DNA of 64,000 nt from NCBI GenBank assembly GCA_044892525.1, contig CM097885.1, positions 27,468,001 to 27,532,000 on the forward strand, in the 5' to 3' direction. Below are positions 12,266 to 22,957 of this stretch, piece after piece (position 1 is the stretch's first letter; every line of letters begins with the position of its first letter). The DNA comes from Schmidtea polychroa (Eukaryota). Under the pieces are notes generated by a model, which was not told where the DNA came from, made no database searches, and saw nothing but the letters and a program-made list of their open reading frames with translations. A program made the position numbers and the translations under genes.

Positions 12266-12496
12266 AAGGGACCTGAGTAAATCGGACACATGCCTTCTAA
12301 CGTAGTCCGTGGACCCATAGAGTACTCGACAATTATAGTGCCGTTAGCGCGCTCACTTTTTGCGAGTACTCACCCACTTGATACAGTACCAACGTTGATT
12401 ACTCAACGGGTATCAAACCGTAAATAATGTTGCATCTTGGGGTTACGCTGGTAACAGCACTGAAGGATAGATATTTGATCACCAGTAACCCACCAT
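12266..12496 (+). ncRNA. Candidate structured RNA, copy A (four hairpins)
   Basis: Conserved with 46287-46516; stems cggac/gtccg, gagtactcg/cgagtactc, ttgatac/gtatcaa enclosing cgttga/tcaacg, gggtta-ctggt/accag-taaccc; compensatory and G-U differences between copies. Confidence 0.55.
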
Positions 12497-13003
12497 CAGT
12501 TTTATCGACGTCATTGTGGATTTCCACTATTTTTACGTTTTCTTTTTATTTTCATTATTTTTTCGCATTTATTTAATTCAAAAGATGATTTGTACTCATT
12601 TGTATTATTTTTTTCATTTTTAATGATTTTACTTTATTTCTCATCCATTATCGTCGCTACGATGGATTAAAAATCTAATTTTTTGTTGTTTTTTGATATC
12701 CGGCGATACTTGGTGTTTATATATCAATATTTTTTTGTTATCATTTTTATTTGTGATTTTTGAATCATAAACGATAGTGACGTCCTCTATCGGTGCGACC
12801 GAACTAAGGTGAACCTTATTAGCATTGACCCGATGTACAATACTTATGTATGCATCTGTAATCAAGAGACCACGAGTATTTTCTCGATAAATTGGCAATT
12901 ATAAATCCAACATATCGTGTAAACCAAGTTATTATGTATTTAATAAATTTAAGTAAAATTAATCATTTTATAATGTAACATGAAATTTACAAATACTTAG
13001 AAG

Positions 13004-13164
13004 CAGTGGCGTAGATAGAGGACGGAATAACCCACAACGGGTAATACCCGACCGCAATTGAAAAATAATTAAATATCTTTAAAAATTTCATGAGCTGAAA
13101 CCGTTTTCAAGGGGTGACACCTTATATATCAGGTCGGGTGTCAACCATTTTAGCTACGCCACTG
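13004..13164. mobile_element. hAT MITE
   Basis: TIRs cagtggcgtag/ctacgccactg; 8-bp TSD cttagaag/cctagaag (7/8). Confidence 0.85.
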
Positions 13165-13621
13165 CCTAGAAGAATTGACTTTTATTTGTATATACTTTAA
13201 TTGGTACAAAAAATAATATTTTACTATGAAAGTTTAAAATATATAGAAGCTTTAAATGTTATTTATTTAAGATTTATTAACTGTGATTTTCAAAATAACA
13301 TCGAAATTATTTAAAATTTTAAGTAGGATTTATAAGTGTGCACAATAAAAATTATTAATTGTTTAATGGAAAATGTATTATTTATAACCACTTTCACCTT
13401 TTATAAATTTTTTCGATAGTGATAAAGCAATAAATTTTAAAATTTTATTAGATGTTTTTGATATACAATAAAATTTACCTTGTTTAACTGATTTCTAATT
13501 TGGTAAATTTTATAAAATATAATAATGGATTAAATATTTTTAATATATTTTAGATTTTATCAAAGAAATTTTTTGCAATATATTTTAAAATAAGCAAACG
13601 AAATCATTTTTTTAATTTTAG

Positions 13622-14857
13622 ATGAGTATTCTACAGTTTATTTGGGTTGGAGATTTAGATGAAACAAAAACGCAAAGGCTCCAGAACCCCCAGGCTTTGT
13701 CCTTTGATCGATGCCATCCCAAGAAAATGATAGTCAGACAAGACAAAAAAGAAACTCGTATTGGTAGAAAAAATTCTAAAATGCCCCCAGATTACGCATT
13801 AGAGAGTGCAGTTAGTAATCGTATGATCTCAAGGAACCATGTAACTATTGAAAGATTAAGTAAAGGAAATTATATGTTATATGATCACAGTTTAAACGGG
13901 ACATATGTAAATTTTGTTCGTGTAATTGGTGGAACTATTCTAAAGCATGAAGATGTCGTATGTTTCGGACATATTAATGGTGCAAATATTAAACCAGGTG
14001 AATCAGTTACACCTTTTGCTACTGATCTAAAATATCGAGTAGAAATAATTGATAAAGTAGGCACAATTCATGAAAAATCTGGTTCTGTTAGAAAAGGAGA
14101 GAACTATTCTCAATCAGAATCTAGTCAATATGAGGAAACAATTACCACAGAACAGAAGCAGAAAAAGGCTAAACATAAACCATTAAATGATAAAACTAAA
14201 AAAGTTAAAGTGGTTAAGCGTGAATCAGACGATTCAGATCAATCTTCAGATTCTTCAGAAAGTAGCAATAATAATCTAAGCAGTAGTTATAAAAAGCAAA
14301 AAAAACCAGTTGATTTGTCATCTGTGTCGAGTTCAGAAGATGACAGATTAAAAAGTTCTAGTAAAGATCGTCAATTTTCTAAAAAATCATTAGATAAACC
14401 GAAGAAACATTCCACAATGTCAGAGTCTCGTTTCAACGATTTATCGGCCCGTAAACGCAAATCCGGTAATGAAAATAACGCGAATCCAAAGCTTGGTTTC
14501 AAAAAGTCACATGAATCGAAAAGACCAATGAAAGGTGATGAAGATCGCCGGATGTTATCGTCTGGAGTTAAAGATCGAAAATTGCATTTAAATCAGAAAT
14601 CCCATTCGAAACCAAAATATTCGGATAATAATGGCAATGCAAATGCGAATAAATCTATGAAGCGAAATGTAAATTTAAATTCCAACTATGACTATGAAGA
14701 GTGTAGTGCTCGTCCATGTTTGCGGCCGGATGGTGAAACTTTAATCGATTGGATTATGTGTGATAAATGCACCCAATGGTTTCATCAATCATGCGTTGGA
14801 CTTGACGAGGCAGTGGAAGATGACGAGAGTTACTATTGTCCATATTGTGTTCATTAG
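13622..14857 (+). CDS. TCF19: TCF19-like protein: N-terminal FHA domain, S/K-rich linker, C-terminal PHD finger
   Basis: FHA motifs IGR, ISRNH, SLNGTYVN; PHD CSARPC...WIMCDKCTQWFHQSCVG...YYCPYC; intact 411-aa ORF. Symbol rests on domain architecture only. Confidence 0.8.
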   Translation: MSILQFIWVGDLDETKTQRLQNPQALSFDRCHPKKMIVRQDKKETRIGRKNSKMPPDYALESAVSNRMISRNHVTIERLSKGNYMLYDHSLNGTYVNFVRVIGGTILKHEDVVCFGHINGANIKPGESVTPFATDLKYRVEIIDKVGTIHEKSGSVRKGENYSQSESSQYEETITTEQKQKKAKHKPLNDKTKKVKVVKRESDDSDQSSDSSESSNNNLSSSYKKQKKPVDLSSVSSSEDDRLKSSSKDRQFSKKSLDKPKKHSTMSESRFNDLSARKRKSGNENNANPKLGFKKSHESKRPMKGDEDRRMLSSGVKDRKLHLNQKSHSKPKYSDNNGNANANKSMKRNVNLNSNYDYEECSARPCLRPDGETLIDWIMCDKCTQWFHQSCVGLDEAVEDDESYYCPYCVH

Positions 14858-17046
14858 AAGAAATTATCCCCCAAACAATAATAATTTAAAATTACTGATG
14901 TTATTTCATTTCCAATGTTGAAATGCTGCCACCTTGTTTACTTGCTACATTTAGCGTAGTTTAAATGGCACTAAATTTATTTTTTCATTTTAGCTATTAA
15001 TCACATGTTGATGCTAATTCAAAATCTGCGTTAATTAACGATCTGAAATTGTCCAATGAGAACCCGTGTTTATAATTGACCATTAATTGTTCGATTTTTG
15101 TCATTGGGATTGTTGGCAAGTTTGATGAATTATTATTACATTTGGAGAAATTGCATTTATGCTGATAATGATGAGATGATGTCAAGACGAATTTATCTGT
15201 ATATTATTCTGTGTTTCAAATGTTTCTGGTTATACTTTACTCGATGATAATATTATATTAATATTAATACTTGTTTAATTACCAAAGTTGAAAGTTTTCA
15301 GTTAATCTTGTTGGTTTTCTCAGTGTACATATTATTACTGATCTAGCCATTGTGATTTTGGAAATTGTCTGGCAATATTTTTTTTTAATAATTGCATAAT
15401 GTTGTTAAGTAGGAATTTTCAGCCGTTTTTACTTGAATGAATTCCAATAAATTTGCATGTTCTTTAATAATATTAATTAAATAATCATATTTCAATAAGG
15501 TGGGAATGTGGAGGTACATTTTTGGGAAATTGTCTAATAGTTTACAATATGTAGAAATATACTTTTAATGAATGTTTCAATCTTTGAATTTTTGAACAGG
15601 TTGAAATTATTCCATTCTTGCTGTTTTGGGTATTGTAGACATTGAGTCGACTCTGTACAATTAGCCTTAAACAATGAAAATTAATTTAAAATTTCCAGTA
15701 TTTTAAATGCATTAAAAAGTACAGAATAATTATTTCCATTGATCTGTATATGTATTGATATCAATTAAATGTAATTTTTGAATAATAATTTTATAGAATC
15801 CATGTTTAAGAAGTTATTTGATTTGCAGATAAATTTAACACAATAATAAGCAAACCTTTTGCAAAAGGTTTAAATGCAAAAAATAATCAGATGGGAATAC
15901 TTTGCTAGTTCAGAAAATGATGAATGGTTAGTACAAATCCCATTAGAGACTGTGGACCAGTGTACTCGATTTCCTGTGCATAATAATTGATCAAGGATTT
16001 CTCAGAAGTTTGAGGTTGCAAACTTTATGCAGGTTATCAATATATCTTTTCGTCAATAATTAATCCCTAAATATTTGATAATCTAAAATGTATTAGCAGA
16101 CACAGTGGCGGTCTTTAAGATTAGACTGAAAGCGTTTAATGCAATGGGATCACTGGTTATTTCAGTTGTCACTACTGCGTTGCACAATCTAGTATGTAAG
16201 TACTGAATGAATGACTTGAATTTATTTTGGCGCGTCAGTAGATACTAGAACATACATATAAACATTTCCTATTATGGTCACACTGAATGGGTTAATTAGA
16301 TTATTAGTCTCTTTAGGCCTCAGTGACCATTTTTGGTTTATTAGATCAATAATCACATTTTCCAGAGAACCGCTGTTACGAGATAATTACGTAATTTGGA
16401 TCGATAATTAATGGTTCTATTAATCGATATCGTTGAACAAATCATGTTGATTTTTGGGATTTAACCAATAAATTACTATTATACTGAGCGCTATTAAAAC
16501 AGAGATAACCGAATCAAATATATCTAAATTTAGAAGCGAACTTATTACTTTAACCGACTTTAGGGATTTAATAAAAAGATGAGGTCCAGATCCTAGAAAT
16601 AGATTATCCCAACTTTTAATCATAGAAGCCAATCAGAATTAGAATTAATTCAATTTGAATTAACTTTGACCTTATTGCCAGGCTTAAGAACCCAGAATTA
16701 TTCAAATGGTAATTCAATATTACTGTTGGAAAATATTTACTTTCCCGGTAAATTTGTATTGTAAGATTGACAGTGATATATATATTGACACCCTTTGATT
16801 ATTATACAAATTTTTGGTTCCCCATAATTGTAAGTGACCAACAATTGCTTTAAAAGTGGACCCTAAAAATTCTTTTGTTACTTCCTCTTAACTGGAGGTC
16901 ATCAATATTTTACTTATCTAAGAGTTTTTGTATCTCACATACGTTATTTTCTATACACAAATAAAATAGGCACCGATATTCAATATAGCCGCGATGACTT
17001 TATTCAAGACAAATATTAAACAAAATCTAATTATTATATGCTAGCG

Positions 17047-17365
17047 CAGTGGTTCTCAAATCGTGTTCCGCGAAAATAATGACATTTTACCTTTAAATTT
17101 GCATTTAAGATACATATCATCAAAAACCGCAATTAATTTTTTTATAAGATGATTCAATAAGAAAACCGTTACACAGCTATATAAACATACAAATATAAAA
17201 GTGTTTTTATTGCTTGTTATTGTTGCGCGTGGTATTTTCTTTGCTTATAAGAAGGCATTGATTACGTTTACGACAGATTTATAGTAATTTGTGATTGGTC
17301 ACTCATGGTGGGCAGGTATTTTTTTTGTCAGTGTTCCGCGCTTTTATATTAATTGAGAACCATTG
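17047..17365. mobile_element. hAT (Charlie-type) MITE
   Basis: TIRs cagtggttctcaa/ttgagaaccattg; perfect 8-bp TSD tgctagcg (17039-17046, 17366-17373). Confidence 0.9.
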
Positions 17366-17469
17366 TGCTAGCGGCTAGTTAAAACTGACTACAAACTTAA
17401 AAAAGAGAGTCATAAAACACTTTATGTTTCATACAATTGTTCCAGTTAATCAAAATATATGAAATTAAA

Positions 17470-17931
17470 AAATATAAAAGATGTAAAACAGTGGGTGTCC
17501 AGATGTGAAGGTTGCCAACAACACAAAGTGAATAGACACACCAATTACCCCTTCCCAAACGGGTTTAAGATTCGACACTGAACTCGTCGGCAAACTCCCA
17601 GAAGACAACGCATTCTGTTACAACCTGACAATGATTGATCAAAAAACACGCTGTTTCGAGGCAATTTTCTTTCCATGGCATCAATGTACACACGGTCCTT
17701 CATGTTTTAATATCCACCTGGTTTCCACGATATGGAATTCCAACCGCTATCACCACAGACAAAGGAGTAAAATTCGAATCAGTTCTTTTTGAACGTCTTA
17801 CAACCAGCCTTGTCATCAAACACTTAAGAACCATCACATATAACCTACAGACAAACTGCCTCACGAACTTATCGACCTCTACAATGACTCACCATGAGAC
17901 GAGATCAGTCTCACGCGCAAACATTTTTTGA
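17470..17931 (+). pseudogene. Degenerate Gypsy integrase fragment
   Basis: KDVKQWVSRCEGCQQHKVNRHT then WFPRYGIPTAITTDKGVKFES; frameshifted. Confidence 0.75.
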
Positions 17932-18579
17932 GCTTAGACACTAACATGTCATTCACATATTCTACCTCGTACAAACCATATATACTACAGTTTCTTTCCT
18001 CAGTAACCTACACATGAATTAGAACAATCTACTCTTCGAACCTCAAATCCAGATACAAGAGTCCATTCTAAATCATAGAGCTGTACAAAAATACATATTT
18101 AATACATATGTAAAACTTATACATAGTAAAACTAAAAAACAGTTAATTCCAAAAGATTACATAATTTCAAAAATGTTTTATTACATGTTTATTCTCTGTC
18201 GGAGCTATAAGAAATAACGCTCTACCGATATCTCTTTTTAATAGGATGTTCAAAGGTTTCACCATATGAATTTTTGTTATTTTCTCTACTTAACTCTTAC
18301 CAAGCCAACTGTTTACAATTTGTAGTAAATATATTTTAAAATCCAATTACTCTATTGAACTTTGAGCAAAACCAATTTCCTTCTAGCGACATTTTCGTGT
18401 TGGATAGACTAATGAGGAAATGTGTTTGTCGTTTGACTATTATATTCACATTGGAAAGTATGATGTGTACATCCTCAACTGTACAAGTGACTACAATTTG
18501 TAGTTAATAGACCTATGTGGTAGAATTAATTTTTGAAATTCATTATGAAGACATATGACAAGGTAAACACATAAAACAA

Positions 18580-18720
18580 CTCAAAGGTTGTAGCAAGAAA
18601 CACATTCAGTTTTCTTCACGGTCACTGTGATCAGCACAGACAACTGAATGACACTTATTACAGGTTTCTCGAGAAGATTTTACACACATTGCACATTTTC
18701 GAGGTGTGTTTTTTGTGTAT
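18580..18720 (-). pseudogene. Cys-rich fragment resembling the piggyBac transposase C-terminal domain
   Basis: Manual translation PRKCAMCVKSSRETCNKCHSVVCADH, preceded by an AG acceptor; no catalytic domain seen. Confidence 0.4.
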
Positions 18721-19118
18721 CTATTATGATAAATAATTCCATATTAATGCATAAAATATCATAAATTTCCTAGAAAAACACCTGAAATTTAATTATTAAT
18801 ATATTTATAAATGATAAATTATAAATGATGACTAACAGTAATATTTAAGAACTTGAATAATTATATCTCATAATTATATAAAATCAAAATTCAAGTCCTA
18901 AAAATTACTTCAATTCAAAAATTTACCGTAAAATGATTTTTGAAAAATAGAATAAATGAAATTAAGTTAACATTGTCATATAATTGGTGACTCACCTCAG
19001 GTGGTGATCACACCAATGTATATTATAGACAATGTTAACTTTCGCGGTTAGGTGTATACAGCATCCAGTTTCCATTCTGAATTATGAAATACAACAGATA
19101 GTAAATAGACAAGTACAC

Positions 19119-19371
19119 CTGGCGAGCAGGTTTATTGTTTGAACTGTGTTCCAATACTCCCTCGTCGGCGAAGTCATTCAAAGTGGCTCATTCTACTGTT
19201 GTATAAGTTATGGAAAGTTGTTTTGTTTTAATAATATGGTTTTTAGCGTGTTTTTGGAAAATATAGTTTAACTGCATTTATTATTGTTTTATTGATTTTA
19301 TGAATCTAGAAGTTGAAAACGTCATAACTGGCGACCACGCCAAGGAAATCAATGCGATAGGAAAAAAGAAA
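19119..19371 (+). repeat. Inverted segmental copy of 5795-6047 (flank, TSD, LTR and PBS of Gypsy element 1)
   Basis: Reverse-complement match including host flank; LTR copy at 19206-19329 with two substitutions. Confidence 0.92.
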
Positions 19372-19427
19372 ACCATTCAAATTTCCATTTTAAGTCTTAA
19401 AAACAAAATTCAATGATTTATGACATT

Positions 19428-19467
<40 letters not shown>

Positions 19468-21255
19468 TATTACCACTTAAGTTATATTTTGTTGTTCTTT
19501 CTCTATCCCGACGTATATCATCATAATGTAATACGGCTAGTATGCTATATAAAAACAGAATTGATCATTGTTTTGAACATTAACTAAAGCCTGACAGTTT
19601 TTCAGGTAATTTGGCGTTTTAATGTAACTTGAACCTAAGTAAATATCTTGATTTATATATATATGTCTGATAATTTAGTTAAAATCATAGTAACTTCTAA
19701 TATTTTATGAATTCTCCACCCACTACTTTGTTGAGTGTATTTCTCCAACTTTTCTTTTAATTTTTCAATTCCATCATTAATAAATGAAGATGACATTGTA
19801 ATTGCTTTATTCGACAAACACCATTTTTTAATTTCACCATCCTCTTTGATAAACTCTGCACAAAGTCCAAATTGGATTTTTACTGTCCCCATTCGTTGAA
19901 TATGATCTTCTATTTCTTTGATGAGACAATCTGGAACAACAATGTCAGGAGAATTAATTGCAGTTACATCGCTTGTCAATTCAACACGAGAACCATTTAA
20001 GTCAGACTCCCGACGTGGACACAATTGTATGTTAGAGACTCCATTTCCGTAAAATATTGACTTTCGTTTTATGGTGCCAGAGATTTGTCTAACTATATTT
20101 ATAATTAATATTAAACAACTTAAATAACATAACTTGTAACATATTCTTTAATCTGCTTAGGATCGTATGATGTATTCATTTTCGATTGTACTATAAAAAA
20201 TTAATAATTGTTAATAGTAGAAGGAGCATTACTTTCAGCGATCATCCTGCTCTTCGTTTCTTCGAATCTTCTAAGATGGTGTCCGTGTTGTCGTACAAAC
20301 ATTAACCACCTACCTGGTGATATAATGAGACATTCCGGACATATGTAACCCGATAAGGTAGAGTCATTTATCTTGAAATATGATGATGTAACTGATTTAC
20401 AGTTCTCCACATCTTCATGACTTTCGGCAATACAAAATTTATATAAACTCATCCGTTCACTAAAAGAAAATAATCATTAATATTAGATAGAGAATAAAAA
20501 ATTATTCACTTATATAAGTTAAATTAAAAGTTTAAATGACACACATTTGAAAAGTTACTGCTTATATATTACACATGATTAAATTCTGACCAATCAAAAT
20601 CAAGGAAGGGGTAGGAAAAATAAATGCATTACGTTGCAGTATTTTAAAACTTCAATATATTTTAAAACACATTTTGACGCTAAAGTTTACTTATTTAACA
20701 TTTTCATAATAATTTAATAAAAATAATGTGATGAACCCACAAAGTAATATCATTTTTCATCAAATTGCAAAACAGTAATAACGTTTTCATAAATATTACA
20801 ACAAAGTAGTAACATATTTCAGAAAATTTCAACAAAGTTGTAAAATATTTATCAAATTGTAACTAAAATAATAAAATAATTGCAACAAAGTAATAAAATA
20901 ATGATGTTAATTGGGACAAATCAATACATTATTTCGAAGACGGACAACAAATTAAAAAGAATATTGTAATAAATTGTGAAGTCTTTCAGTAAATTACATC
21001 AAAGTAATAACATATTTTGGAAATATTTCACCAGATGTAAAATATTTAAGCAAATTGCTATAAGATTATAAAAATATTGCAACAAAGTAATAAAATAATA
21101 CAAAATTTTAAACACTAGATCAATCCATTTTATAGAAAATTAATTTTTATCTCTATAATATATGAATAAATATCCAAGGAAATTACGTGTAACAATGTAT
21201 ATTCAGAATTTAATTCTCTACAACATGGCGCAAATACAATTTCAGTTTGGTGCTT

Positions 21256-21720
21256 TGTGTAATGCACACATGTTTTTACAATAAATTTGTATTTTTTCGC
21301 GCGGTTAACGTTATTTTCTTGGATTTTTATTCATATAATATATAGATAAAATTTAATTTTCTATAAAATAGCTTAATTAAAAATTATGTATATTGTTTAG
21401 TGTGTAATACACACATTTTTTACAATAAATTTGTAATTTTCATACATTTAACCTAATTTTCTTAGGATTTTTTTCATATCATATATAAATAAAATTTAAT
21501 ATTCTATAAAAATAACTTGATTAAAATTTATGTATCTTGATTTCTGTGTAATACACACATGTTTTTACAATAAATTTGTATTTTTCATACATTTAACCTA
21601 ATTTCCTTGAAATTTTATTCATATAATATATAGATAAAATTTAATTTTCTATAAATTGGATTGGTTAAAAATTATGTATCTTGTTTTGTGTGTAATACAC
21701 ACATGTTTTTTAATTTTCTA
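21256..21720. repeat. ~145-bp tandem repeat, about 3 units
   Basis: Motif tgtgtaatacacacatgttttt recurs near 21256, 21401, 21545 and 21690. Confidence 0.85.
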
Positions 21721-22309
21721 TAAAATGGATTGATCTAGAGTTTAAAATGTTGTATTATTTTATTACTTTGTTGCAATATTTTTATAATCTTATAACAATT
21801 TGCTTAAATATTTTACATCTGGTGAAATATTTCCGAAATATGTTATTACTTTGTTGTAATTTACTGAAAGACTTCGCAATTTATTACAATATTCTTTTTA
21901 ATTTGTTGTCCGTCTTCGAAATAATGTATTGATTTGTCCCAATTAACATCATTATTTTATTACTTTGTTGCAATATTTTTATTATTTTAGTTACAATTTG
22001 ATAAATATTTTACAACTTTGTTGAAATTTTCTGAAATATGTTACTACTTTGTTGTAATATTTTCTAATCTTGTTACAATTTGCTTAAATATTTTACAACT
22101 GTTGAAAATTTATCTGAAATATGTTATTACTTTGTTACAATTTTTATGAAAATGTTATTACTGTCTTGCAATTTGATGAAAAATGATATTACTTTGTGGG
22201 TTCATCACATTATTTTTATTAAATTATTATGAAAATGTTAAATAAGTCAACTTTAGCGTCAAAATGTGTTTTAAAATATATTGAAGTTTTAAAATACTGC
22301 AACGTAATG

Positions 22310-22425
22310 CTTTTATTTTTCCTACCCCTTCCTTGATTTTGATTGGTCAGAATATATTTATTTTTCCTACCCCCTTCCTTGATTTTGATTGGTCAGAATT
22401 TAATCATGTGTAATATATAAGCAGT
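22310..22425 (+). promoter_or_regulatory. Putative Pol II promoter (duplicated ATTGG/CCAAT box and TATATAAG)
   Basis: ttttgattggtcaga occurs twice (local duplication), followed by tatataag upstream of the 83-aa ORF and PolB; mirrored at ~20560-20600. Confidence 0.4.
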
Positions 22426-22529
22426 AACTTTTCAAATGTGTGTCATTTAAACTTTTAATTTAACTTATATAAGTGAATAATTTTTTATTCTCTATCTAAT
22501 ATTAATGATTATTTTCTTTTAGTGAACGG

Positions 22530-22781
22530 ATGAGTTTATATAAATTTTGTATTGCCGAAAGTCATGAAGATGTGGAGAACTGTAAATCAGTTACATCATC
22601 ATATTTCAAGATAAATGACTCAACCTTATCGGGTTACATATGTCCGGAATGTCTCATTATATCACCAGGTAGGTGGTTAATGTTTGTACGACAACACGGA
22701 CACCATCTTAGAAGATTCGAAGAAACGAAGAGCAGGATGATCGCTAAAAGTAATGCTCCTTCTACTATTAACAATTATTAA
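22530..22781 (+). CDS. Small Cys/His-containing protein upstream of PolB, unknown function (mirror copy at 20201..20452)
   Basis: 83-aa ORF with YICPEC and HGHH, open in both arms. Confidence 0.45.
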   Translation: MSLYKFCIAESHEDVENCKSVTSSYFKINDSTLSGYICPECLIISPGRWLMFVRQHGHHLRRFEETKSRMIAKSNAPSTINNY

Positions 22782-22957
22782 TTTTTTATAGTACAATCGA
22801 AAATGAATACATCATACGATCCTAAGCAGATTAAAGAATATGTTACAAGTTATGTTATTTAAGTTGTTTAATATTAATTATAAATATAGTTAGACAAAAC
22901 TCTGGCACCATAAAACGAAAGTCAATATTTTACGGAAATGGAGACTCTAACATACAA

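Noticed and set aside
12266..12496. Assignment of the hairpin block as hammerhead ribozyme, H/ACA snoRNA or telomerase RNA
   Set aside because: No CUGANGA/GAAA core, no correctly placed ANANNA/ACA boxes, and taaccc is base-paired and too short for a template; left unassigned.
14997..16632. Short minus-strand ORFs downstream of the TCF19-like gene
   Set aside because: No recognisable domain or consistent exon chain by eye.
20750..22190. Repeat arrays considered as CRISPR-like
   Set aside because: Degenerate tandem units without unique spacers, no cas genes, eukaryotic context.
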